Below, in pieces: positions 47,692 to 60,550 of a DNA stretch of 64,000 nucleotides; the first letter of the stretch is position 1; the number at the start of each line of letters is the position of its first letter. Under the pieces are notes generated by a model. It was not told the origin of the DNA. It worked only from the letters and a program-made list of their open reading frames with translations, and did no database searches. The DNA is taken from contig NC_027216.1 of assembly GCF_000981445.1 (NCBI RefSeq), forward strand, positions 1,116,001 through 1,180,000, in the 5' to 3' direction. The position numbers and the translations under genes were made by a program. This DNA comes from Babesia bigemina. Its lineage: Eukaryota.

Positions 47692-48499
47692 ATGAACATA
47701 GAATTATCGGTGTTGGTCTGCGTTGTTAACTGTCTTGCAATCGCATCATGTCATTCCTACGGCAAGGGTAGCCACGAGTTGGCAACACCTCCAAAACTCA
47801 GGATTCCTGAGGTAAGATTGCTCGGAATTAATTATACGTGTGATACTTCAAATAAAACGTATAGGGAAGAAGACAAATAGCCCTCGTTGCCACGCGCAAA
47901 GGACACAAATATCCATATTTATTGGCCTTCCACAGGAACGAATGCGAGTTCTGCCAAGTCTGTTGTTTCAGTAGATTTTTGTATTACTTTTAGGATATGG
48001 AAGCTTTAATAAACCGAGCTAATGTCGAGCACAATCTTCATATCAAACGGCTCGATGTCGCATCGGACAACAACTATGAGGTATTTTCGCGTTCTTATCA
48101 AAAAATTATAAACAGCTCATGGTAAAATTGGATAGGAAGTCGAAATGCGGAGGTCTGCCATTTTTTTATAATCTTCTCACACACCAACACATTTGTGGCG
48201 CCACCAACTACCGGAATCTGATTGCCTGGGCCAACGGCAAATATTTAAGGTACGCCGTCTTTATTCTCTGTAAACTGTGTGTAGTAATGCGAATCCGTAT
48301 CCGTTGAAGGAGGAAGAAATCAAAGCGTCCTACCGAAGAAGCGTAGGTTATATGTAATAAGGCAAATTGTTTTAGGGGTTATACGCCAGAATAATGGTGA
48401 AACTGAGAAATGTTAGTTTGTACACCGAAATATGATGTGTGTCAATAGATGCTGCTTAAAGGGGAGCAAAAGATGATTGACCGGTTGTGCAGAGAATAG
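47692..48499 (+). CDS. signal-peptide thioredoxin-like protein
   Basis: Spliced FHRNECEFCQ (CxxC), KCGGLPFFYN..ICGATNYRNLIAWA. Confidence 0.7.
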
Positions 48500-48776
48500 C
48501 TGGTATGTGGGCGTAAGTTTCGTTGGTCCTCGACGTCACACATGATCACGCAATTAACAGTATATGGTAGGAATTTTGTGTGATATGTCTGCGGGCTGAC
48601 TTGCGATATTTGTCACTTTGTGCGAAACTGCGTAATGCGTTGCACCGTCGAATAATAGCCGCGGTATCAAAAAGAATCTCAAACGTAATATATTAACAAG
48701 AATGTGAAATCGTAATGGCGGTTGGTGTTATACCACTTGTTACTTTCTATTCAGTCGTTAAATATTCCATCCGAAA

Positions 48777-50873
48777 ATGTTGATACACATGTCTAGAAAT
48801 ATTATTAATTGTGTATTCCTACTGCATACCTTTGTTTGGTTGGTATTGGGGTATGATATCAAGCAAATACCAAACACATTTGTTTATAATGGGCAAATTG
48901 CTGATTTTGGAGATTTTGATGGTAACGGGCAACTTGACGCTATAACGTACCACCAAAAAGGAAATGATGCAACTATATGCGTATTTAAGGTGTCCAACAG
49001 ATCCGATAAACCTGTAATTCTAGCCACAGCCCATTTGCAAGGGAATGTCGCTGGGGCGGTAGGAGTTGATATAAACCTCGATAGCGCTCTGGATGTTCTA
49101 GTTATTATAGAGGAATCGAAACATAAATACCGTTTGCTAACGTTTTACCAAGAAAAAAAATCGGGTCTATTAGTTCAAGGATGGGATTCAACCAAAGAGA
49201 CAAATGGTCATAATCAGAAGAAGGAACAATCCAATGATCGGGATTCACAATTGGGAACACTAATGAAGCGCGGTGAATATGAATATAGCTCTATACATCC
49301 ATTAGTATTGGACATCAACGGTGATGGATTTGTGGATTTGTTCTGCCAAACCGAAGACAAGAGGCTTTTTGTTTGGACTAATTATGGGGGTGCGTTTTTA
49401 CCTTACCTGCTTGAAAATGTTCCATCTTGTTATTTTGAAGGTACGCGTGAAGGATATGTCCCGTCCCCACACTCTTCTGCTTTTGTCGACATCAACGGTG
49501 ATTGCAGAGCCGACTTGATCCTTTTGGTTCAACATGAAAACAAACGATATCTGCAGATCTGGGAAACTGAAGCCGACAACAATCGCATGAAGTATATAAG
49601 AAACCCTAACAAGGATATTGTATTACCCACTAACCACGGCCAAGTATCTTTTGCCGATTTCAACGGTGATGGCACGATTGACATAGTAGTCCCTTATTGT
49701 AACCAACTGAACGCAGAGAGATCGTGCATTCAAGGAAGCCGCATATTCATAACATTCAATCATCAGAAACCGTTCTGTTCATACATCTGGAACAACCCAA
49801 ATAGTGACATGTGTAGAAAAGCTACAGAACTGTGCACGAAGTCTGACTTCGCATTTCATCCAGTGGATGGTTTATCATCAGTAGATATATCGCTACCTGT
49901 CAATGTCGGATTTAAGGATAGCGAAGGGCAACTTATGTCAGTATCTCTGGGGGACCTTAACAACAACGGTTATCCAGATGTCATCGTATTAGGATGGAAT
50001 CTGGCCACGTTGCAACCAGTAGTCTGCGTATACAGAAATGTGGAAAATAATGAGTCTTCTGTTGTTAATGCAAGAAGTTTTGTGCAGTCAGCTATAATTG
50101 AAGTTACTGAGCCAGATATTCGATATATTCGCGTAGCTGCAGTCGACCTTTTCGAGGACGGCATTACAGAAGTTGGGATTTTCACGTCAAAGGTATCCAT
50201 TGGCAACGATAGCATTGCTAGATTTTATACGACGGTAAATGAGAAGATAGGCCTATTTATGAAAGCAATGGTGAGGGGGGTGGCGGAAAATGAGACGCCG
50301 TCTTCAGTAAACGTGTTGTCTACCGGGTCGAATGTAAATGGTATTTACGCGTATCTATAATTCAATATAATACAGGGGCTGTATTCAAGATTACGGTAAT
50401 TGATGTATACGGAGCCAAATCACCTAGGTGCTCGACTATTCGGCCACAGTCTGCGCATTCACCATTATTACCGCCTTATTCTATGTTCGGGTAAGTTGTG
50501 TTTGCCGGTTTTACAATGGTACAGACTGGGCAAAACAAACAACTATGTGGAAGAGTTTTACCTTGGCATGCCGAGCACATCCAAGAGCTACAGCAATATG
50601 TGGATTTCGATTATTCCTAACTGCAGCGTCATAGCGATTCCGCACCGCCTGTTATATCCAAATGAGTAATTTTGTATGGTTGGGCACACATGATACGACA
50701 GGTGGACTCTGAAGTTATCGTTAAGTCCATCCAAGGATATATATAAAATCCTTGTAGCTACACTAATTTGCCTAGTCAGCCTAGGAGTTATCATTGTCGG
50801 ATTTGATATAAAGGAGAAACGCGAGGACTCGGAGCAAGAAAAAGGATTTCGTCAAAAATTTATCATTAATTAA
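48777..50873 (+). CDS. TIP: T-cell immunomodulatory protein (TIP/ITFG1/LINKIN) homolog
   Basis: Signal peptide, repeated DxNGDG FG-GAP motifs, [27 protein letters not shown]-terminal TM then KEKRED. Confidence 0.9.
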
Positions 50874-51818
50874 GCACGCTTATGCCTTTTCGCAGTGAAT
50901 ACATACCACCGTCCTCAGTAGCTGACAAAACGTCATACTAACGTAATGGAAATTTATGCTCGATTTGACGGTCTTAACAAACAGCGGAAGTGTCGCGCCA
51001 GCGTTCGCAGGCGTTTGTGAAACTCGACAGCAAGATAGGCACGATTAGCATTTACGCTATCTTGGGTTATTCATAACGGCAGTAAGTGTTGCGAGCATCT
51101 CTATTCGGAACCTTCAAGTGTCCAATAAGAGTTTTTATGGTTTTGTCGAAAAAAAATTAGTTTCGCTTTTGTTCACAAAGCCGAGGTGACACTAGCTCTA
51201 CAGTAAATATGGTGCCATTAGTACAAGTAGACAAGCTATATCTGTGCATACACGACTAATCGCTTCCAAGCATACATTTCAACTTAAAATGCAGCTATCT
51301 TTCCGCAAATTCGACACTCCTATACGTGGGTAGGATTAAGGAGGGTCCAATGATTGTATTGCTGTGGAATCTTCGCTTTGACGGTTATGTAACACTACAT
51401 CTGCGCGTAAAGACTAAGCACTACCGCGCCCAGCGGCTATTCTCGAAGCAAGCTGTCTAATTGTGTATGCCAGCGCAGATGGGAGCACACTTAGCCTACG
51501 AACTATTAGGTAAAACCGGGACCACATTCGTATATTGCTAATAATATTCAACACATCGACATGTAATTCTCATCATCGAGAGTTGTGCATAGCATATATA
51601 GGGGCTAGCTTTCGCTATTGTAAGAAGGTCATAGGGTGGGCGTCGTAGTGCAGGAAATGCGGCATCGTCTGAAGTAACGAGTCATTAATTGGGGATTATT
51701 ATATAACCGCGCGTATTGTGTGGGAATTATAGTCGAGCCGCTCATAATTGAGATTCCAGGGTAAATACCGAGACCTGGGCACTGCAATTGGCTCGTGATA
51801 CACACATTCCTTTTCAAA

Positions 51819-52182
51819 ATGGTAAAGCTAAAGAGTAGGTGTCGGTCGCGTAACTATTGAATTGGTGTGCAGAGGGCTCCAAACGTCAGGAGCTATCCAG
51901 AAAGTATAACGTGAGGTCCGCGTGTTGATGGATACAGCAATGTTTAGATTCAACGAATGGTAGCTGCTCACAAAAAAAAAATGCGGAGAATAGCAAAGAA
52001 AGGGGAGAAAAGTATGTTCATAATATGTTGAGTCTAAATTTAACTCAGCAACGCCACGGATTAAGCCACCTCAAATCCCAAACTGCATCTTTAAGCGTGA
52101 AGTGTTGGAAAACATCAAACGTACCAAGCAGATTAATGACAAGCACGCGCATAAAAGCAAAGACAAACAAACTGCTATATGA
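51819..52182 (+). CDS. stand-alone GNL3/Grn1 (nucleostemin) N-terminal domain protein, 4 exons, ~83 aa
   Basis: [60 protein letters not shown]..; three canonical introns. Confidence 0.75.
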
Positions 52183-52293
52183 ATTAATGGAGCACATCAG
52201 ATCCGCGTGCTAATTTATGTTAACGGTCGGATTGCCTATACATACACTTTTTAAGATATTGAAATGATGTTTTGATACAAGAGTTCTTTACAT

Positions 52294-53037
52294 TCACGAC
52301 ATCTTTGTGGTCAGGTGGGCGATGACACCTTCCGTGGTGGGGGCCATACCTTTGTCACCAGCCTTCCAGTTCGCAGGACAAACCTCTCCATTCTTCTCGT
52401 AAAACTGCAGCGCATCCACAATCCGCAGGACTTCGTGCACCTGTAAGAGCAATTAGTAAAAAGTCATAACTATGAAAGTGCAAAAACGTCTATAAGCAAA
52501 TTCAAACCTCACATAACATGACAACGTAATTTAGGACACTACAAGCGAAGGCGGACACCTCATAACGCTGAACTCTGGAAAACTAACCGATCTACCTATG
52601 GGTAGATTGTTGACCTGCTGATGCTGGAGCATGCCCTTCTTGTCAATAATAAAGAGGCCTCTGAGGGCAACTCCATCATCGGGAATTAAAACCTGATATT
52701 GTTCCGATATCGATTTTGTAAGGTCTGCTAATATAGGGAACATAACATTGCCGATTCCTCCCTTGTCTCTGGGCGTATTGCGCCAAGTAAGATGAGCGAA
52801 TTTGGAGTCGACGCTGCAAGCCAGGATTTGCACATTTCGCGCCTCGAATTGTGCAATAGCATCGTTGAACGCGACAATCTCGGTAGGGCAGACGAATGTG
52901 AAATCCAATGGGTAGAAAAACAGGCTAACATACTTTTTACCTGCATAGTCAGACAAGGAAACCTCTTTGAAGGAGTTGTCTGGCATCACAGCTTCGCAGC
53001 GAAAATTAGGAGCCGGCTGACCCACACGAAGCACCAT
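52294..53037 (-). CDS. TPX1: typical 2-Cys peroxiredoxin (thioredoxin peroxidase 1)
   Basis: [31 protein letters not shown]. Confidence 0.97.
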
Positions 53038-53357
53038 TCTCAACGTATAGGGAACGATATCAAAATAGCCAGCCGTATATACACATACACCACAGACGCA
53101 AGTATATATTGCCTTATAATGTGCTGCACGAAGATATGGTAGGTTCGTGTATAAAGGGTAAACGTATAGAAACAGTTAGTACAAATGTCTCAGACCTTAG
53201 CGTGCTCTTCAAAGGGCAACCCTTTGGCTGAGCGCAGCCGCATCAGGCGCCACACAACAAAATTGTGGTGTGCGACTATTTCTAACAATTATATTGTTGC
53301 GGGCAACGTTAATAGAATTTTCTCAGAATGTTTCGGACGCCATATTTATTATCGCTT

Positions 53358-54583
53358 CTAAACCAGAGTGTATTTGCCCCGTGTGAAACGCTCCAGTGGA
53401 AAAAATGCCGCACACACAACACGTTTGCGGTCGAAAACGCGACCGTTTAACATATACTGCGCCCTTCGGCCTGACACATCATCCCCAAATTTGAGGAACA
53501 CTTTGCCAACACCTTCACGATATGATAGATCGTCATTTGGTCGCGGTATTACAACGTCCTCCAAATGCCCATACTTTTTTGCCTCTTCTATTATGGCGTT
53601 TTTCAACTCGTGATACTTTCTGTCGTGTATCAGGTCCTCGTGAAACACAATATTAAGTAGCTGCACTACTCTAGACGGTTGTGCACCAGTGCGTCTTCCC
53701 GACTGCATCTGCAAACCCAAGAGCGGATTACTGAGAATTGTCTGCGTGACGGAGTTTGGCAGATTCGTAGCCTTGCTGTCTGTCAATTTACCGCCCGACG
53801 CGAAATAGCTGAAGGCCGCATGCTTTACGCTCAACACGTGTTTGTCCACGACATGGCCATTCAAATGGCATACTGCCATCTTGGCCGCTCTCGAGTCGTC
53901 GAACTCAAAGAACCCGTATCCCTTGTTTTGACCAGTCTTCAAATCTTTGACCAGATTAGCTGATGTGAGTTTTCCATGTTTCTCTAACAGTGCCTTTATA
54001 TCTGCGTCGCTCATTGTTGGTGGGATGTTCTGCACGAACACCTTGGTGTCGTCAGAACTTGAGGTTGTGCCATACTCAATAGGGCGCCTTATCTTTAGCG
54101 TTTGTCCTTTGTAATTGATTCCATCCAATTTGAAGCACATGTCAGCCAGTTCGGCAGTGGAGAACTCTAGGAAACAATATCCCTGGTCAACGTTAAAAAT
54201 TTCAGTTTTAGATATAGGCGGCGACACGCCGTTCGTGTCTAAGGCATTATCTGGGAGACGTAAAGCTGCAAGTAGAAAACACAACAGCTCTTTATAGCTC
54301 GTGCCTGAATATGTATAAATCGGTTGTTTTGTTACTAATTACCGGGAGGTAAGTTTCCGACGTAAAGACGTCTCTGCCGCTTCTTCTGGCCATCATTCGC
54401 CGACTTATCAGCCAAATCGCCCACAGTCTCTGGAGCTTCATCTGGAATATCCCATTTGCTCTCTCTTGTACGTCGGCGCCTGCGTTACTCAGAGTAGAGG
54501 TTAAAAACAAGTTACCTCTTAGTGGTACCCGTATTGTTAGGTAGCTCACTTTTAGAATTATCACTGGTATGGTAGGTATCCAT
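53358..54583 (-). CDS. U2AF2: U2 snRNP auxiliary factor large subunit
   Basis: RRLYVGNLP, FLEF..LKIRRP, TGQNKGYGFFEF, UHM with IPRP..GVGKVF. Confidence 0.92.
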
Positions 54584-56281
54584 TTCTTAATTTATAAATC
54601 AAAGTGATGTACTTGACACGTCGCAACCCTTCCGCGCGACACAACATTGCTGATAGACTGGGAAGGCGTTGCTGGTATTTCGATTTGCTGTATTGTGATT
54701 ATGGCGTGATTATAATATACATGTAGCTCAATATACGCGAAGAAGTTTCTTATCTATTTTCGTGATGCTGGCAATATGTGCGCGACCAAATAGCGCTTCG
54801 AACAATGTGACGTGGAGTCGTTCCGGGCATACTATTTTGTATGAGTGCGTAATTAATTTGGTGTATAATACAGCATACTGGTATTGGAACACTGGAACCA
54901 ACTATCACCAACGCTCCCATAATACGTATCAGCTTTGGAGCACACATTGCAGCATTTGGGATGTCTAATTGTTTTGTGTGACCTTAATATCGTTTTATTG
55001 GTGTCATGGTGTTCATCGATTCTGTATTGCTCGGTGATGAGCCGTTTCAAATGATTTCTGCAGACTCGTCCTTCATGTGTCGCGAATATGTAGTTTTTAC
55101 GTGTTTTGTCTTTCTAAACAGTAATGTTTATCCTCTGTGGTTAAAGACGGATATGCTTGGAATCCGAATAACATTGAGGTTATTTGACTGTACGACAATA
55201 AAAGAAACCCTGCATGTTCTATATCGTTTAATGCCCTCTCGCACTTCATAAACATTTTGCGAAATTCCCATAAACTAATGAGCTTACGCAGGTGAAGGTG
55301 CTAGAACTGAAGTTCTCAATTGGTTTTGTGCGCGGTTTTAGACGGGATCCTGCTTGACGTATTGGATCGCGTTTCTCGCACATAGTGACGCTTATGTATA
55401 TCCAAAATTTTTTACCGCGTTCTAATGGGTTGGTTGTTCGTAAGAGTTTGGAACGAACGTTATAGCGATCATGCAGCCAAATATGTCTGTGCGATTTCGT
55501 ATGGTACTCGAGGATGGCAAAACCATTATAAATTGGGTCTAATCTATATATAATATAGCCGAAATTACAGCAACGTTTGCAAAGTGTATGCGGCGTAAAT
55601 ATGTGCGAATGAAAAAGTGTCACGAATGTCCCTTAATGATGCCATATCAAACATGTATTAACTCCCGGCGCAAGCCCCAAAACACGGAAACCTGCACGCC
55701 ACAGGCATTGAAACAGACCTCATCAGCAACATCTAATGTCAACTGCAGTCTTTGCAAATGTTCCCGTTTCTCAATTAGCATACAAGCCGGTACCGTCAGA
55801 AAATGTGTACATATAAATCGTCAACTGTAAGAACCCATACAAAGGTGCTCTTACTTTGTAGTCCGAAATCTTCATTTATTCAATTAGTTTGTTTCAAAGC
55901 AACTGTACATGCGACAACAGTGCGACGAAGGATCAAAGTGGTATAGACACGACATCTCATGTGATAATGGCCTTCGTTGCGTGTTTTAAGGTATTCAAAG
56001 CACAAACCAATATTTCAATGCGCATCTCCCCATTTTTTCTTTTTTATGATATGTATTTCGCAGGAAATACAATATTACTGGTTGTCGCTGTACACGCGTG
56101 AAATTATATCACCCTACTGTGCATCGTTGGTGAATTATCTATGCCATCCATTACGCTCATTGTTCACAGCTAAATTTTGATCATTTTGAACGTACACACA
56201 ATTTTAGGACTTTCTTAGGCGGCGATAGCCGGTAGTAAAAATAGTATTAACTTGGTGAAAACGCAGCTCTTATGTGTGAAG

Positions 56282-57858
56282 ATGGTAACTAGAACACCTT
56301 TCGATCCGGCGGTCCACAATGTTGGTATCTATTTACTCGTGGCTCACTTTCCAACAGGTCTTTCTTGTTGCAGGGATGCAATGGGGAGATGAAGGAAAGG
56401 GAAAGGCAGTCGCGGCCTTTGCCAAAGATGTTGACATAATCGCAAAATACAACGGTGCGTTATACCGCTCGGTAGCAAATAACCGTACGAACAGGCGGAC
56501 ATAATGCTGGGCATGAAATTGTCTTGAATGGCAAACAATACAAGCTGCATCTCCTTCCTAGTGGATCGGTATACCCGTACACAACCAACGTCTTGGGTCA
56601 TGGTATGGTTATCCATTTATCAAGCCTATTAAAGGAAATTGAAATGTTGCGGGGTAATGGCATCGAAGTTATGGATAGGTAGTTGTGGGTCTATGTTACT
56701 GTAGATTTCGTCGCAGGCTGCTCATATCGGATCGTGCGCATCTACTTTTGGATGCCCATATTGAGATTGATCGCAATATGGAAAAAGCCAGAAAGGCCGC
56801 CGGAGGTAAGATGCTAGGGGCGTTGCGCATATGTATAATAGGTGAAATAGGGACGACCTTGCGCGGGATTGGACCTTGTCATGCTACCAGGTCGTCGAGG
56901 ACTGGTGTGCTGGTTTGTGTAAAGTGTCTAATGTTTTATCAACTCAGATGGGATCCTTACTTCATTGGGATTTCTTTAAGAAATCTGTCATGGATATCTA
57001 CAAAATTCACACCGATCCGGAAACGTCGGAAAAAATGGCTACAGAAGAAATCGAAAGGCATGCAACACTTTACAAGATATTTTCAAGATGTATTTGTGAT
57101 ACGGGATACTTCATCAGCGAAGCCATAAGGGCTGGGAAACGAGTATTACTAGAAGGCGCAAATGGATCTTTGTTGGATATCAACATGGGCACTTACCCGT
57201 TTGTTACTTCGTCCATCACACTGGCTTGTGGATCGTATGTTGGACTTGGGGTGCCATTAAGTTCCCCAATGTTCAGAATTGGTATTCTTAAGTGCTACCA
57301 GACGCGAGTGGGTATGGGCCCCTTTCCTACTGAATTCTTCGACGAAAATTATGAACACATCCAAAAGGATGGCACCGAAATAGGTGTGTCCACATGCAGA
57401 GTGAGGAGGTGTGGGTGGCTGGATTTGGTTGCTGCAAGATATATCCAGAGGCTGAACTGTTTTCATGCCGTTTATCTCACAAAATTGGACGTCCTCACAG
57501 GACTTAAAGAAATAAAAGTGTGCGTAGACTACCGAAATAAGAGAACAAGTATGTTTACTGTGCCATCTACACTGTCATTTCTGTACATAGACGACCTTTT
57601 GGAGAGGGGGCGCTTTCCGGCAACCACTGCAATGCTGGATGAGTATGAACCCGTGTATAAAACCTTCCCCAGCTGGGAAAGTGATATTTCCAATGTGGAT
57701 ACGTATGACAAATTGCCTGAAAATGCTCGTACGTACGTGGAGTTTGTGGAAGAGGAATTAGGCGCCTTCATTCAATGGGTTTGTCTGCATGTAGAAAAAC
57801 AAATGCTGTGTAGATTGGCGTCGGTCAAGACGTCAAAAGTACGATAGTCAGGTCGTGA
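56282..57858 (+). CDS. ADSS: adenylosuccinate synthetase
   Basis: [55 protein letters not shown]. Confidence 0.97.
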
Positions 57859-58744
57859 TTATATCAGATCTAGCGTCTCATTTATTGATGTACCTATATC
57901 TCCGCATTTTAGAGGACTGCGCAAGTAATGAACGGAAAGGATCGCACAACCAACCACTCAAGAGAATTGATTGACATGTTTAATGTTCCGAGCTTCGATA
58001 ATATGTCTTCCGCGTTTTCGTCTCCGTTGTATATTGATTTCACTATATCAGATATACATAGAATATCGTTCCTGCCGATATGCTCTTCGATTACAGAATT
58101 GGTACTGATCAATCTGGTTACGCCGTTTGGAAGAATAATTGTGCCTCTGAAGTTTTTGTATACGTTGTAGTGGAATTTTACCTTTTGTTCAATAGCTCCT
58201 TAACATGTCGCTGCGTCGGCGTACCGTAGTAGACAAATGGGCGTACCCGTTCCAAGCTTTTCAAACTCGACTCCGAATTAGAGAAAAATCTAGCCGTACC
58301 AATTATAGATAATCCCATGTCCTGCATGAGAAATGTGGATTCGGAGTTAGCGCTAACCTTCAAAAATGACTCAGATATGGACGGTTGCACGCTGCGCTGA
58401 TTTCGAACAGCTAGCAAAAGCTTGTATGACTGTTGGCGAGGGGTGTCGTTCTTCTTGCAAATGGCAGAAGTTCTGCGATGCATATTTTATCGCTAACGGG
58501 AAATGACCTTTTAACGTCCAAAGATTTTTGCTTAGATTGCTTGAAAATAGCGTTCAAAGACATAATTGTGTTCACATCTTTCTTCGTTTTGCTTTTCTGG
58601 TCAATATGAAACAACTATTCGCGTAAAACGCACCGATTTATAACGGGCTATGTCCTTCGCGATATCGGACCTTTTACGAAGGTGAATACGATGGCCCTTA
58701 AGAAGTGTTTCCTTTCTTGTGATACCATCTTTTAAATCTTCCAT
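57859..58744 (-). CDS. ribosomal protein L7-like (uL30/Rlp7-like)
   Basis: KETLLK, KLLLAVR, LERVRPFVYYGTP..ELLNKR, TNSVIEEHIG..ICISDIV, GDIG..INE. Confidence 0.75.
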
Positions 58745-58915
58745 TTCCACTACTATCTTTTTGAGCTCCTTTTACAGTGTGTATAGAGCAGCATTGCAAG
58801 GATCACACGCAGAATCATATAGAAATGTAGGGCCTTGCAGAGTACACTTAATATCAGCAGAAATATATTTTGTGTTTTTGAATCGTTTTATTGAATTACT
58901 ACAATAAACAGTCTT

Positions 58916-60373
58916 CTATACACCGTAGAAGGCGTAGTCGCGATCCTGCTTTTTGACGTGTCGCTTCCATCCTTTTTGAAAATCCTTATTGGTGACGACG
59001 TATCTATTTTTTCTGATAGCTTGTAAGCCTGCCTCTTGGCAAATTGCCGCTATATCAGCCGCTGATATCCTTTCCGGCCTTGCTACAACTGCGACATGTC
59101 TATTTTCATTGCGCAGAATAAACGTACAGTTTTCGATGTCAACATCACTCGATAGGTTCATATGGCTCGTTATGGTTTGGAAAATGAGACGCCTCTGTCG
59201 TCTGTCAGGCAGGGGAAATTCTATTTTTCTATCAAGCCGTCCTGGTCTAAGCAGCGCCGGGTCCAATGTGTCTGCTCTGTTGGTGGCCATTATAACCTTC
59301 ACTGTGGCATTTTGATCGAATCCGTCCATTTGGTTGAGTAGCTCTAGCAGTATGCGCTGAACTTCCCTGTCGGCGCCTGTCTGGGCATCAAAACGCTTTG
59401 TTGCAATGGCGTCAACTTCGTCGATGAATAGAATGGCTGGGGCGTTCTCCCGTGCCAGGCGGAAAATGTCTCGTACCATTCTCGGACCCTCTCCAAGATA
59501 CTTCTGTACGAATTCACTGCCCACCACACGAATGAAGTTAGCTCCAGTATGATGAGCAACGGCTTTCGCCAACATTGTTTTTCCTGTGCCTGCGAGTTGT
59601 TAATGGCGCATCATGACCGATTGCTTAACACTGTTTTGGTAGAGAGAAATATAATGTTTATTTGTGTACAATATTGTACGCACCGAGTGTCTTCCATGCA
59701 AGGAATTTACCTGGGGGGCCATAGAGCAGCACGCCGACTGGTGGATCAATGCCAATTTGGTGATACAATTCCGGACACGTTAGCGGCAGCTCTACTGCTT
59801 CACGCACTTCCTGTTTTTGAGCATCTAGTCCTCCAATATCCTAAAGCTTTTTTTAAAAATTGTGTCTAAACCAACCGCATAAGACACTTCGGGCTTATCT
59901 GATAATTGGAGCATCTGAATTGATGAATCCGCTTCCGGTGGTAGAACGTCAACTACACTATGACTGTGACGATGTAATGCGACGCTTGTATTGGGTGTAA
60001 GTTGCTCCCTGAATCATATCTGCTATATGGGAATTGTAAATACCTATTAATTGTAGATAAAATGCGCACATAGTAATTTGAACCAGCAGTAGACGAGACA
60101 ATTCCATGACTCTTGTCTACCATATCCAAAAATTGGCCTATTACCAGTGGAACGCTTTGGATTCGTTTGATTTCTTCGCGTGCTCTGAGCAATTCTAATT
60201 TTAAATTCTTATGTTCCTCCTTAACGTAATTTTCCTGGGTTTTTATAATCTGTTATATATCATGCAATTACCTGTATATCACACAAGTCGAGCTGCTTTT
60301 CGAGCGTTTTCAGTTTCGAGTACAGATCGCGCTCCGAAGGTGACACCTTCCGAGGTAAATACTTCGCTGCCAT
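58916..60373 (-). CDS. RPT3: 26S proteasome AAA-ATPase regulatory subunit 6B
   Basis: [45 protein letters not shown]. Confidence 0.96.
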
Positions 60374-60550
60374 GCTTAATCTATCCTATTTATATAGGTT
60401 GCGTATATATGTATAAAAGTAATTATTGTAGGTAGAGGGTAACAACATACCCAACGAGGTGTATTGATGTGTACCGTAAAATGGCCACGCAAGCTCAGTC
60501 AAGCATGGACAAGTGTAAACAGCAAAGTAATAGGGTGCTAGTATTTAGAA

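Noticed and set aside
60332..60354. Inverted repeat GAAGGTG-A-CACCTTC in RPT3 exon 1, and palindrome GTACAATATTGTAC in an RPT3 intron
   Set aside because: Short isolated palindromes expected by chance
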